A stretch of DNA of 32,000 nt from Psychrobacter cryohalolentis K5 (GCF_000013905.1 NC_007969.1:1410001-1442000), one strand, 5' to 3'. Shown: positions 9,242-19,044, numbered from the stretch's first letter. Made by a program: numbers and translations. The notes: generated by a model not told the origin, from the letters alone.

Positions 9242-9673
9242 TTAGAATTGTAGTAAGCGACAGTCGCCTTGCATCATCATAGCAAGCTCACTCAGACCTA
9301 CTAGCTTAAAACCTGTCGCTAGATTTTCTGTCTCTAACTGATGGCGGCTGCTGTTGTCCGTATCACTAATACCGCGACTGAGTGCCGTACTGACGCATAC
9401 TGGCAGTACAAGATTATACTGTGCTGCCATTGCCTGCCACTCTTGGGTAATATTTGATTGATCGGCTGATTGCCACCTTAAACGATTGGCAGTATGTGCT
9501 GCATCTGCATAAAAGAAGATGTTTAATACAGAGTTTTCATGATCCGCGCTATTAGGCGCATTATCGGCTAAAGAGGCGTTTTGTAGATAAGCGCGCGCAT
9601 AGCGTAATGCCATATATGCAAGTGGATGGCTTGGGTCAGCGGTAATCAAAAGTAGAGGCGTTGAGAGTGTCAT
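9242..9673 (-). CDS. tusD: sulfurtransferase complex subunit TusD (DsrE family)
   Basis: FFYADAAHTAN and the active-site region LPVCVSTALSRGI match TusD (FFYREGVYNAN / NICVAAALRRGV). The C-terminus is ...CRLLQF. I chose the ATG at 9671-9673 (MTLSTPLLLI); the 41 upstream codons of the ORF-track call show no similarity. Confidence 0.85.
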   Translation of the reverse strand: MTLSTPLLLITADPSHPLAYMALRYARAYLQNASLADNAPNSADHENSVLNIFFYADAAHTANRLRWQSADQSNITQEWQAMAAQYNLVLPVCVSTALSRGISDTDNSSRHQLETENLATGFKLVGLSELAMMMQGDCRLLQF

Positions 9674-10094
9674 AATGGCGGTATCACATAGTATTAATAA
9701 GCATTGAATAAATGAGTATTGAAAAAGAACTGAGACCTTGTGGCTGTATATTGTATCATCATTCAGTGCTTTTTCATTTTTTGCAAGTATAGTCAATTCT
9801 AAATAAAACAGATACGTTATGTTCCAACGTAGTACTGGTATAAATTTTTCTGGCGTGCTGTGCCTACGCCGACAGAGGCTGCGTAAAATTCATCCCAGTC
9901 CTACTGTAGCGCTTTAATACTGAATTCGCTATATGCTTGCTCTTGGCAGCGCATTACTTTATTTATGTTACTATAAAAGCATGGTGTTTCACTGATCTAT
10001 AGTAGTTGTGACCGTTCCGTAAGAAAAAACAATAAACTTATTCGCCCAGTTCACGTAGGCTTATGGCTCTATGCTGCAATGAGGTAACATCATT

Positions 10095-12950
10095 ATGCTA
10101 TCTACCACTCCAAATGGTAACGGCTATCAGCCCACATCAGAACAGCTACAAGTATTGCAAACTGCCAGTGAGTTTGCTTATCAAATTTGGCAAAGTCGCA
10201 CGGGCGCCTGCCAGACGTTTTTACGCAGTTATCCTTTAGACACGACCTTAACGCGCCAACAGATTGATGACCTGATACAAGATTATACCTTGGACGAAAA
10301 CTATCAGCTTGGCCATGAAACCAAAGTGATGAGTGGTTTACGCAATTTGCGTATGCTACTGATGATGCGTTGGGTATGGCAAGACGCGTTGGCAGTGATT
10401 GAGCTTGAGCAATTGACCGACGAGTTGTCCGAATTCGCTGATGGTTGTATTTTATTTGCGAAAAACTATACCTATCAGCAGTTGGTGACTCAATATGGTC
10501 AGCCTACCTTTATTAATGAGAAAGGCAATGCGCAAGTCGATGATATGGCGATTATGGCAATGGGCAAGCTTGGCGCTCATGAGCTGAATTTATCGAGTGA
10601 TATTGACCTGATTTTTATCCATCAAGCGCGCGGTGAAACTGATGGGGATAAAACCAAAGGCACACGCAGTATCGACAATAAACGTTTTATGACGCGCCTT
10701 GGTCAAGGTATTATTAAGCTGCTTGATAATAATACAGCAGATGGTTTTGTGTTTCGGGTAGATATGCGCCTGCGCCCATGGGGCGATGGTAGTGATTTAG
10801 CGATTCATCTATCGGCGTTGCAAAAGTACTTTTCTCAGCATGGGCGGGCATGGGAACGATTTGCTTGGTTAAAAGCCCGTGTGGTTGGACACATAGAGCG
10901 ACCATTCTATGACGACATTCAAGCACTTATTAAGCCGTTTGTCTTTCGATATTACGTCGATTATAGTGCTTTTTCGGCATTACGAGAGATGAAGTCTCTG
11001 ATCCAAAATCAAGTCGCCCAGCGTGAAGATTTGGATAATATCAAACTCGGTGCTGGTGGTATTCGAGATATCGAGTTTATCGTTCAAGCTTTCCAGTTGA
11101 TTTATGGCGGACGGCATCCGCAGCTACAGGTCAAATCTTGTTTGAAGGCAATGCAGGCGCTGTATGAGCTTAAGTATTTAGAAGAAACTACTTATCAAGA
11201 ACTGCAGAGTGCTTATCGGTTTTTACGCCGGCTTGAGCACGGTATTCAAGCAATCAATGACCAGCAAACCCAGCGTCTTCCTCATGATGTGCATTGGCAG
11301 CACAATCTTGCGCTCACGCTTGGGTTTGAAGACTGGGCTGCATTATTAAATACGCTTAATTATCATCGATATCATGTCAATGTGCCGTTTGAGCGTATGG
11401 TTACTGAAAGGCAAGTGCCGGATCACGATGATGAGCTAGAACCTGCTAACTTGGATGAGCAAGTGGCTCGTTTAAATGACGTGTTGACGGAAGAGAATCA
11501 TAGCCAATTACAAAATTTTTGGCAGTCAAAAATGGTTGCCAATTTAAGCGATGAGGCTCGCGAACGCTTGGACGGAGCGTATCCAGTCATTGTGCATGCG
11601 CTACTTGCTCATCAAGATCAGCAGCAACTGGCGAATACCGCATTGCCGCGCTTGATTGCCTTGCTTGAAGCGATTTGTCGTCGTTCTATCTACTTAGTCA
11701 TGATTGCAGAGAATCCAAACGCCACGGTTGAGTTGATCCCGATGCTGTCTGCTAGCCCTTGGATTGCCAAAGAGCTGGCACAGTATCCAGTGTTATTAGA
11801 TACATTTTTACAGCAACGCTATCGGCATTTGCCAGACAAACTTGAGCTGCGTGATATCTTGCGTCAGCAGTTATTGAGAGTAGAGCCTAATGACGAAGAA
11901 AAGCTGCTTAGCGTATTACGATTATTTAAAAAGAATCAAGTATTAGCGGTTGCCGCCAGTGATGTGTTGGCTGAACGTCCAATCATGAAGGTGTCGGATT
12001 CTTTAACATACATTGCCGAGGTGGTATTAGAAGCGGCGCTTGAGCGCGCTTTTGCTGAAATTGTGAAACGTTATGGTTATCCTATCGGTCAAGATGGCGA
12101 TCCGGTGACCGAAGCAGATTGCGGCTTTGCGATTATAGGCTACGGTAAGCTTGGTGGTCTTGAGTTGTCTTATTCATCAGATTTAGATTTGGTGTTTTTG
12201 CATAAAATAAAAGAGCAGGGTATGACCACGGGTGAAAATTCGGTCAGTGGCATGAAGTTTGCGGCACGCTTGGCGCAAAAGCTCATGACCTATCTTAATA
12301 CTCAAACCCGTGATGGCCGTGCTTATGAGGTGGATATGCGCCTGCGTCCCTCCGGCAATGCTGGCATGATGGTGGTGTCTTGTCATGCGTTTGAAACCTA
12401 TCAGCTTGAAAAAGCTTGGTCATGGGAGCATCAAGCGCTGGTACGGGCGCGTGCAATCTGCGGTGATAAACGCGTCACAGCCCGTTTTTGTGATATTCGC
12501 CGTACGGTCTTAGCATTACCGCGCACAATTGAGGAAGTACGTATCGAAGTGACAAGTATGCGTATCAAAATGCAAAAGCATCTGGGTACGAGCCAATGGC
12601 AACAGCAAGCGGGTAAGTTTCATCTTAAACAAGATGCAGGCGGTGTCATTGATATCGAGTTTTTGGCACAATTTGCCGTACTGGCCTATTCGCATGAGCA
12701 TCCAACCTTGACCAAATGGAGCGATAACGTCCGTATCTTTGAAGAGATGGCGACACTAGGTATTTGGGAGAGTGAGATCTGTCAAGATTTGACGGATGCT
12801 TATTTGCGCATAAGGGCTGCAACGCATCAATTGGCACTATCCGAGCAGTCATTACTGGTCGATGAATCGCTTTGGACTGAAACCCGTGCACTCGTGCAGG
12901 CGCAGTGGCAGCATTTGATGGGTGTTGAATCGACAGAATCGCGGTATTAA
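10095..12950 (+). CDS. glnE: bifunctional glutamine synthetase adenylyltransferase/adenylyl-removing enzyme
   Basis: 951 aa with two nucleotidyltransferase modules (GKLGAHELNLSSDIDLIF...RVDMRLRPWG and GKLGGLELSYSSDLDLVF...EVDMRLRPSG). Confidence 0.96.
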   Translation: MLSTTPNGNGYQPTSEQLQVLQTASEFAYQIWQSRTGACQTFLRSYPLDTTLTRQQIDDLIQDYTLDENYQLGHETKVMSGLRNLRMLLMMRWVWQDALAVIELEQLTDELSEFADGCILFAKNYTYQQLVTQYGQPTFINEKGNAQVDDMAIMAMGKLGAHELNLSSDIDLIFIHQARGETDGDKTKGTRSIDNKRFMTRLGQGIIKLLDNNTADGFVFRVDMRLRPWGDGSDLAIHLSALQKYFSQHGRAWERFAWLKARVVGHIERPFYDDIQALIKPFVFRYYVDYSAFSALREMKSLIQNQVAQREDLDNIKLGAGGIRDIEFIVQAFQLIYGGRHPQLQVKSCLKAMQALYELKYLEETTYQELQSAYRFLRRLEHGIQAINDQQTQRLPHDVHWQHNLALTLGFEDWAALLNTLNYHRYHVNVPFERMVTERQVPDHDDELEPANLDEQVARLNDVLTEENHSQLQNFWQSKMVANLSDEARERLDGAYPVIVHALLAHQDQQQLANTALPRLIALLEAICRRSIYLVMIAENPNATVELIPMLSASPWIAKELAQYPVLLDTFLQQRYRHLPDKLELRDILRQQLLRVEPNDEEKLLSVLRLFKKNQVLAVAASDVLAERPIMKVSDSLTYIAEVVLEAALERAFAEIVKRYGYPIGQDGDPVTEADCGFAIIGYGKLGGLELSYSSDLDLVFLHKIKEQGMTTGENSVSGMKFAARLAQKLMTYLNTQTRDGRAYEVDMRLRPSGNAGMMVVSCHAFETYQLEKAWSWEHQALVRARAICGDKRVTARFCDIRRTVLALPRTIEEVRIEVTSMRIKMQKHLGTSQWQQQAGKFHLKQDAGGVIDIEFLAQFAVLAYSHEHPTLTKWSDNVRIFEEMATLGIWESEICQDLTDAYLRIRAATHQLALSEQSLLVDESLWTETRALVQAQWQHLMGVESTESRY

Positions 12951-13068
12951 AACGGCTGTGCTGAATGAAAGGACAGTGTTAAGACAGTCTTGGCACTGAT
13001 ATTTAACGCCATATAAATAAAGGCACTGCAGTAATGAACTAAAATAGTTCATTTGCTTGGCGTGCTGG

Positions 13069-13077
13069 TGATATAAT
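13069..13077 (+). promoter_or_regulatory. putative extended -10 promoter element (TGaTATAAT) upstream of ilvE
   Basis: tgatataat at 13069-13077, about 140 nt upstream of the ilvE ATG. The -35 is only weak (ttgctt at non-optimal spacing). Sequence pattern only. Confidence 0.3.
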
Positions 13078-13214
13078 CATTTGCGCATTAAATTTGCACA
13101 TGATATTCGTGCATTAAAACAGACACTCAGTGTCATTATAAAATTTTAATTAAAACATTTACTTAACACTCAACAAAAAAAGTTAGACGTTAGCGCTAGC
13201 ATAAGGATTATTAG

Positions 13215-14144
13215 ATGAATATGGCAACAAAGGAAGGCAAGCTTTGGATGAATGGCACGATGATTGAACAGCCAGATGCCAAAATTCATGTGCTTACGCA
13301 CAGCATGCATTATGGTATCGCAGTCTTTGAAGGCGTCCGTGCCTATCAAACCGCTGATAACCGTACCGCGATTTTCCGCTTAAAAGAACATACTGAGCGT
13401 CTGCTAGGTTCGGCAAAGATTTTCCAAATGGATGTGCCTTTTGATGCAGCAACACTTGAGCAAGCACACAAAGATGTGGTCAAGCAGAACAATCTAGCAG
13501 AAGCTTATATCCGCCCGCTGATTTGGTTCGGTGCCGAAAAACTGGGTCTATCATCACGTGATAATAGCGTTAATGCCATGGTAGCTGCTTGGCATTGGGG
13601 CGCGTACCTTGGTGAAGAAGGTATCAAAAACGGTATTCGTGTAAAAACGTCATCATATACCCATCATTTGCCAAACGTGACCATGTGTAAAGCAAAAGCC
13701 TCAAGTAACTATCCTGTATCTATCATGGCAAACCAAGAAGTGACCCGTAACGGCTATGACGAAGCCATCTTGATGGATCCACAAGGCTATGTCTGCCAAG
13801 GCGCTGGCGAGAACTTATTTTTAGTTAAAGATGGTGTATTGCATACCCCTGATTTAGCAGGCGGGGCACTTGACGGTATCACGCGTCGAACTATTGTCCA
13901 ATTTGCTGAAGATTTGGGCATTAAAGTTGTTGAGCGCCGTATCACTCGTGATGAGTTTTACTTAGCGGATGAAATATTTATGACAGGTACCGCTGCTGAA
14001 GTCACGCCTATTCGTGAATACGATGATCGTACTATCGGTAATGGTGGTCGCGGACCCTTGACTGAAAAGCTGCAAACCTTGTACTTTGATGTGGTCCATG
14101 GTCGCAATGAGCAGTATATGGATTGGTTAAGTTTTATTGACTGA
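13215..14144 (+). CDS. ilvE: branched-chain amino acid aminotransferase
   Basis: 309 aa with WMNG....A.IHVLTHSMHYGIAVFEGVRAY and the fold-type IV PLP signature ...GENLF.V.DG...TP. AAGGA lies 7 nt upstream of the ATG. Confidence 0.95.
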   Translation: MNMATKEGKLWMNGTMIEQPDAKIHVLTHSMHYGIAVFEGVRAYQTADNRTAIFRLKEHTERLLGSAKIFQMDVPFDAATLEQAHKDVVKQNNLAEAYIRPLIWFGAEKLGLSSRDNSVNAMVAAWHWGAYLGEEGIKNGIRVKTSSYTHHLPNVTMCKAKASSNYPVSIMANQEVTRNGYDEAILMDPQGYVCQGAGENLFLVKDGVLHTPDLAGGALDGITRRTIVQFAEDLGIKVVERRITRDEFYLADEIFMTGTAAEVTPIREYDDRTIGNGGRGPLTEKLQTLYFDVVHGRNEQYMDWLSFID

Positions 14145-14167
14145 CATCAAGTTTGTTTGAATTAATA

Positions 14168-14205
14168 AAAAGGGGCTGAATATACTCATTTAGTTCCTTT
14201 TTATA
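14168..14205 (+). terminator. probable rho-independent terminator of ilvE
   Basis: 14-bp stem at 14168-14181 / 14188-14201 (includes 3 G-T pairs) with loop atactc, followed by a T-rich tract. Confidence 0.5.
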
Positions 14206-14439
14206 TTTTCTATAAACTTAAATTATATTTAAATTAAAAATATCACAGTGGTGCTATTCAATATTACATTGAATTTTTAACTATCAGATGTCAATCTTTC
14301 TACTAATCTTTATGCTTAACAGCTAATAAAAAATCTGATTCTATTAAGAAAAATTAAAGATTAATATTTTTTATCTGTAATTATTTTTATTAAAAAGCAT
14401 TGATTATAAATATATTAGTAAGAATATAGTGGAGATTAA

Positions 14440-15165
14440 TTGGCAAGTTTTATCTTATCATCCGGAACAAATAATATGAGTCATCTACAAAATATTACTT
14501 TATGTTTAACCATTGGTAAACGTCCTTATGAACTTCGCCAGACTTTAGAAAGTTTGTTATCTAAGTTGCAATTTCCTAATATTATTGCTATCAATGATTT
14601 TGGTGATGAGGAGTCTAACAATGTTTTTCATGAGCTATGTCCACATGGTAAATTAATTGATTTGGGATATAACTTAGGTCACCACAAAGCTATAGATTAT
14701 ATGTATGAAAGAGTTGAAACTCCTTATGTTTTACATTGTGAAGATGATTGGGTGTTCGATAGTACTCCCAATTTAGAAGGTATCATTAACTTTTTGCAAA
14801 GTGATCAAAAGATTACGATGGTATGCTTACGCAAAATATCTGATATGGAATTCAGTGAGATTCAAAATAGCCTAATAATAAACCGTCAATCTTCATTTGT
14901 AGACACTGTGGAGGTTCATCATATTCATGATCAATGGTATGGTTATTCGTTTAATCCGCACATTGCATCTTTAGATAATTGGAAAAAGTTGAAACCGTTT
15001 TCCCAATATAAAAAAGAACGACATATTTCACGAAGTTATCGTAGATTAAATTGCCATTTAGTTTATTTGCAACAGGGAAGCTGCGAGCATATAGGTTTTA
15101 ATAGCGTGGCTAACCCTGAACCACTTACTTGGCTTCATAAGCTAAAAAACAAAATATCTGGCTAG
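14440..15165 (+). CDS. putative GT-A fold glycosyltransferase (LOS core biosynthesis island)
   Basis: ITLCLTIGKRPYELRQTLESLL and an acidic CEDDW motif fit GT2-like enzymes. The TTG start at 14440 has GGAG 5 nt upstream; an alternative ATG at 14476 has no Shine-Dalgarno. It is the most AT-rich gene in the window. Confidence 0.55.
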   Translation: MASFILSSGTNNMSHLQNITLCLTIGKRPYELRQTLESLLSKLQFPNIIAINDFGDEESNNVFHELCPHGKLIDLGYNLGHHKAIDYMYERVETPYVLHCEDDWVFDSTPNLEGIINFLQSDQKITMVCLRKISDMEFSEIQNSLIINRQSSFVDTVEVHHIHDQWYGYSFNPHIASLDNWKKLKPFSQYKKERHISRSYRRLNCHLVYLQQGSCEHIGFNSVANPEPLTWLHKLKNKISG

Positions 15166-15198
15166 TTTAGTAAATTCAACAGTTTATAATTAATTGAA

Positions 15199-16806
15199 CT
15201 ATTTCTCCTGATTCATCTGCCAAAGCATTATATATTTATCCATTGTGTAGCCTAATGAGGCGAAAGCCAAAATATAGCCATAAGCCCCGCCTAATATGTC
15301 AGCACGCATGATGTATTCACGAAAGAAAGAAAACCAAGAACGTAATAACATGCCTAAAAGCGTTACCTTTTTACCTTTATGATGTTTTTCTCTTGCCCAA
15401 TCATGACTGTAGCGCACATTTTTCATCAAAAAATGGTGTAAATTATCATTGGTAATATGCAATAGATAACCTTTCAATACCTCACTTGGAACGCCTTTTT
15501 GATCTAACGATTCATGAACGTCTAAATTAGAATATTTAAATAAGCTATTGGCATATAATCGTGCCAGTTTATCCGTATACCATATTCGTTTCTGTACTTC
15601 GACGCCGCAAAACTGATTGACTCGAGCCACATTAAATACTCTATCAGTCTGTAGCGGCTCATTTAACAACATAGCAATAGAATGTCTTAAATCATTCTCT
15701 AGACGTTCGTCTGCATCTAGTACTAAGACATAATCACAAGTAGCATAAGATTGTGCCAACTGTCGCTGTTTGCCGAAGCCTTGCCACTGCTCATTGACGT
15801 ACCATTTAGCACCATACTGTAGGGCAATAGCTTTAGTGTCATCTGTGCTACCAGAATCCAAAATAATGATTTCATCTACAATATCTTGTACCGTTTTTAA
15901 ACATGCTTCTAAATGCTTGCCTTCATTTTTTACAATCATTACTAAAGACAAGCTGCTTTGTTTTTTCGATACGTCTACTGGCTGTAAGTTTTCAGCTATT
16001 TCCAACGATTTTATAAATGCTTGCTCTGTTTTATTGTATGTTAGGTCATATAAAATAGCGTATTTATTAAAGGTATACTGCATAAATAGCAGCGAATATA
16101 TGAGTCCGTATTTGCCTTTTAAGAAGCGTCCATCTATTAGGTACTGCTTAATAAATGCCCAAATTGGATTGAAAATAACTTTATAAAAGCTAATTTTTCT
16201 ACCTTTTTTATGGCGATCCTCAGCCCACGCCTTAGCATAATCTAAACGTTTTTGTAGCCAAAATAGTGGCGTTTCGGCTGTATGATGGCGCATAAACCCA
16301 TCTAATGTCTTGGTAATAGCATTATGTAAGACGACAGATTCATGGACTAGATTTTCATTATAATAAAAGTGACAGGGATATAGACGCCAGTGTGCTTTTA
16401 TTGCCCAATAGCTAGGGTCAATTTCGTGCCCAAAAATACAATCAATACGCTTAATACCATAGACTGTACTATCAGGTTTTTGTGTGATGATCTTTAGTAT
16501 ACTTTCTTTAAGCTGAGGAGTAACTTCTTCATCAGCATCTAATGCAAAAATCCAATCACCGGTCGCACATGACTGTGCCAATTGACGTTGTTTGCCAAAT
16601 CCTTGCCAATCTGTATTCACATACCATGTTCCGCCATATTGCTCTACGAGCTGACGGCTATTATCGGTGCTGCCTGAGTCTAATACGATGATTTCATCAG
16701 CCAATCCTTGCAGAGAAGGTAAGGTAATAGCAAGGTTTTTGGCTTCATTTTTAACTATCATTACTACTGATAAGCGGTATGACCTAATATTTTTTACATG
16801 ATTCAC
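15199..16806 (-). CDS. two-module family 2 glycosyltransferase (tandem WaaE/KdtX-like GT2 domains fused in one 535-aa protein)
   Basis: Module 1 (aa 12-257, nt 16036-16773) and module 2 (aa 286-531, nt 15214-15951) align over their whole length. Each carries VMIVKNE...EII.LDSGSTD...WQGFGKQRQLAQS...LDADE. Confidence 0.85.
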   Translation of the reverse strand: MNHVKNIRSYRLSVVMIVKNEAKNLAITLPSLQGLADEIIVLDSGSTDNSRQLVEQYGGTWYVNTDWQGFGKQRQLAQSCATGDWIFALDADEEVTPQLKESILKIITQKPDSTVYGIKRIDCIFGHEIDPSYWAIKAHWRLYPCHFYYNENLVHESVVLHNAITKTLDGFMRHHTAETPLFWLQKRLDYAKAWAEDRHKKGRKISFYKVIFNPIWAFIKQYLIDGRFLKGKYGLIYSLLFMQYTFNKYAILYDLTYNKTEQAFIKSLEIAENLQPVDVSKKQSSLSLVMIVKNEGKHLEACLKTVQDIVDEIIILDSGSTDDTKAIALQYGAKWYVNEQWQGFGKQRQLAQSYATCDYVLVLDADERLENDLRHSIAMLLNEPLQTDRVFNVARVNQFCGVEVQKRIWYTDKLARLYANSLFKYSNLDVHESLDQKGVPSEVLKGYLLHITNDNLHHFLMKNVRYSHDWAREKHHKGKKVTLLGMLLRSWFSFFREYIMRADILGGAYGYILAFASLGYTMDKYIMLWQMNQEK

Positions 16807-17066
16807 ACCATATGCTCCTGTAGATAGTGATTTAGATTTGCATCAAAATAAGGGCTAATACCCTAAAAAATGGTAGCCTACAGTTTAATTAGACAATAAC
16901 AAATGTATTAGCGAATGAATAAAAAAATGTTTTAATAGATGCTTGTTCGTAATATAAAAATAGAGGAGACTAGCATACAAAGGTAGAGCGCTGCAATATT
17001 AAACAATTATTTTACGGCTATTTATTATACCAAAATAGGCATCACAAGTATGAAAGACGGGTTACT

Positions 17067-18188
17067 ATGATAACTAGCAATAAACCAACTATTTTACTAA
17101 TATTAAAAGCGTTAGAAGGGCGCGGTGCAGAACGTATGGTCACGACATTGGCGCGTGCCTATATAGATATGGATTATGATGTCCATGTGCTTTCCCTAGA
17201 AGATACGACAGATATGTGCTTAGATTCTCGCGTGCATTACCACATCGTTCCTTATAATCAGCCGCTTTTTAATATAGAAACTGAGCAAGCCACCGCTTAT
17301 AAAGAGGTTGCAGCGCGCATTGATGAATATGTACTAAAAAATATCGGAACACCTAAATTAATCTTGGCCAATATTTACAAGGTTAATTGGATTATGGCAT
17401 ATAGTAAGCTACCAAATATAGTAAACGTATTGCACACCGCAGTGTCCAAACAATTTCAAGAGAAGCTAGCAATCATACCTGCTCAAACCATAAGTCATTT
17501 AAAAGTGGTTTACGGTGCTCATCCGTGCAGTTGTGTCAGTGAAGGCGCATGCCAAGATTTATTGACATTAATAGGTAACTTAAATAGAACCACGACAATT
17601 TATAACCCATGCGATGTCAGTCAAATTCAGCAATTGGCCAGTGAACATTTTCATATTGAGGAGTTTGGCTTGACTGATAAAGGTTATATTATTCATGTCG
17701 CTTCGTTTGACGCTATGAAGGGTCATCGTGATTTACTGCAGGCCTATGCCAAAACAGAGCGCAGACTACCATTGGTTTTGGTAGGTAAAGGTCGACTTGA
17801 AGATAAAATAAAACAATTAGCGATTGAGTTAAAAATTGAGAATAAAGTATATTTTTTAGACTTTTATACCAATCCTTATCCGTTGATTGCGGGAGCCGCA
17901 CTGCTCGTCATGACCTCTAAGTATGAGGGCTTTGGTTATGTTATCGTCGAAGCGCAAGCCTTAAATGTACCTGTTATCAGTACGGATTGCCCCTTTGGTC
18001 CAAGAGAGCTGTTAACACAGAAAAACCTAGTTGCTATTGATGATATCGAAGGGTTGGCAACGCTAATAAGTCAGGCATTAGATGATGCGAATCAATTTAT
18101 AACGCCGTTAAATCAGCAGCTATTACCAAAACACATTGCACAGCAGTATTTAGATTTTTCGCTATCAATAGTAAATGATATTAACTAA
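17067..18188 (+). CDS. family 4 (GT-B, retaining) glycosyltransferase
   Basis: 373 aa. The N-terminal region LEGRGAERMVTTLA and the C-terminal EX7E region TSKYEGFGYVIVEAQALNVPVISTDCPFGPRELL are typical of GT4. Confidence 0.85.
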   Translation: MITSNKPTILLILKALEGRGAERMVTTLARAYIDMDYDVHVLSLEDTTDMCLDSRVHYHIVPYNQPLFNIETEQATAYKEVAARIDEYVLKNIGTPKLILANIYKVNWIMAYSKLPNIVNVLHTAVSKQFQEKLAIIPAQTISHLKVVYGAHPCSCVSEGACQDLLTLIGNLNRTTTIYNPCDVSQIQQLASEHFHIEEFGLTDKGYIIHVASFDAMKGHRDLLQAYAKTERRLPLVLVGKGRLEDKIKQLAIELKIENKVYFLDFYTNPYPLIAGAALLVMTSKYEGFGYVIVEAQALNVPVISTDCPFGPRELLTQKNLVAIDDIEGLATLISQALDDANQFITPLNQQLLPKHIAQQYLDFSLSIVNDIN

Positions 18189-19044
18189 AGTCGGAAAGTG
18201 ATTGAGAGATAGGAGAGTGATTGGTAACACGCACGCCATATTGTTGATAGGTTTTGGCTAATAAATTAAATGACGGTACAATAGTATTGCTGATGACATT
18301 ATTTAGCGTCGTGGGCGCGCTACGCTCTCTATCTTCATAAAAACGCGGCTCGCTACTATTAAGTAGATCAACACCATATAAATGCAGTGCGTTTGCACCA
18401 CGGGAGAAAGCCAGCTGCGTTGCTACATAAGCCACTGTTCCAGCTTCTACAAAGCCGTAAGTGATGTCTAAGGACAGCCCGATAGGTGATGGCTGATGAT
18501 AGCTATCGATAACAAATTTAGCATGCTTAGCAAATGCTGATAGTGGTGTTTTTCTATTGAGCGCTTGGTGTCGTGACTCCTTACCTAGCAGTAAAAGACT
18601 AAATTCTGAATCATTTCCTTTAACACCCCACGGTCTGTCAACAAGATAGATAATACGCATCTTATGATGATATTTTTTTATGATTTCAGGATGGGCACTG
18701 ACCAATGCTTCTAATACTGCCAAGGTGGCATATAAGGGCTGACCGGTGTAGTATTTGTTTAATATATCGGGCTGATGGAGGATAAAACGTGCATCACTAA
18801 TGACATAACCGACGACTTTGGTAAAGCTATACTGAGCGGTGAGACTAATACTACCATTAATAAAAATCGTGGCTGTATCTAGTAAAGGTATAAAATCTAC
18901 CTCAGCAATAGAGGGACCTGAAGCAATGATATTGACAGCTTGTCGGTCAAGGTTTTGTTGATTTTCTTTTGCGTTAAATGCGTAAATAGGGAACGGCTGA
19001 TTACCAACCTCAAACTCAATCATAGGAGGTAATCCCAATTTCAA
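18181..19044 (-). CDS. putative glycosyltransferase with sialyl/Kdo-transferase-like (GT42/WaaZ/DUF115-like) motifs
   Basis: VNIIASGPSI near the N-terminus and GTVAYVATQLAFSRGANALHLYGVDL later resemble the GNGPS ... (T/S)G...A..LG...I.L.G.D pattern of Cst-type sialyltransferases and MptE/DUF115 proteins. The start is uncertain: TTG 19044, TTG 19038 (GGAG 6 nt upstream) or ATG 19023. The stop overlaps the convergent GT4 gene by 8 nt. Confidence 0.5.
   Translation of the reverse strand: MKLGLPPMIEFEVGNQPFPIYAFNAKENQQNLDRQAVNIIASGPSIAEVDFIPLLDTATIFINGSISLTAQYSFTKVVGYVISDARFILHQPDILNKYYTGQPLYATLAVLEALVSAHPEIIKKYHHKMRIIYLVDRPWGVKGNDSEFSLLLLGKESRHQALNRKTPLSAFAKHAKFVIDSYHQPSPIGLSLDITYGFVEAGTVAYVATQLAFSRGANALHLYGVDLLNSSEPRFYEDRERSAPTTLNNVISNTIVPSFNLLAKTYQQYGVRVTNHSPISQSLSDFS

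Noticed and set aside
9674-9796. N-terminal 41 codons of the ORF-track tusD call, and likewise 8774-8809 for tusB and 2875-2898 for accB
   Set aside because: Similarity to the E. coli proteins begins at internal Met codons. The upstream parts are unlike any family member.
9797-10094. Possible small RNA or small ORF (for example ATG at 9819, 32 codons) in the 421-nt tusD/glnE divergent spacer
   Set aside because: I found only weak 4-5 bp stems. There is no terminator, no Shine-Dalgarno for the small ORF and no recognisable RNA family. I could not support a call from sequence alone.
18662-18670. Homopolymer tracts in LOS genes (T7 at about 18664-18670; A8 in sohB at 23353-23360) as phase-variation switches
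   Set aside because: The tracts are short for slipped-strand phase variation, and no tetranucleotide or longer repeats were seen in the glycosyltransferase genes.
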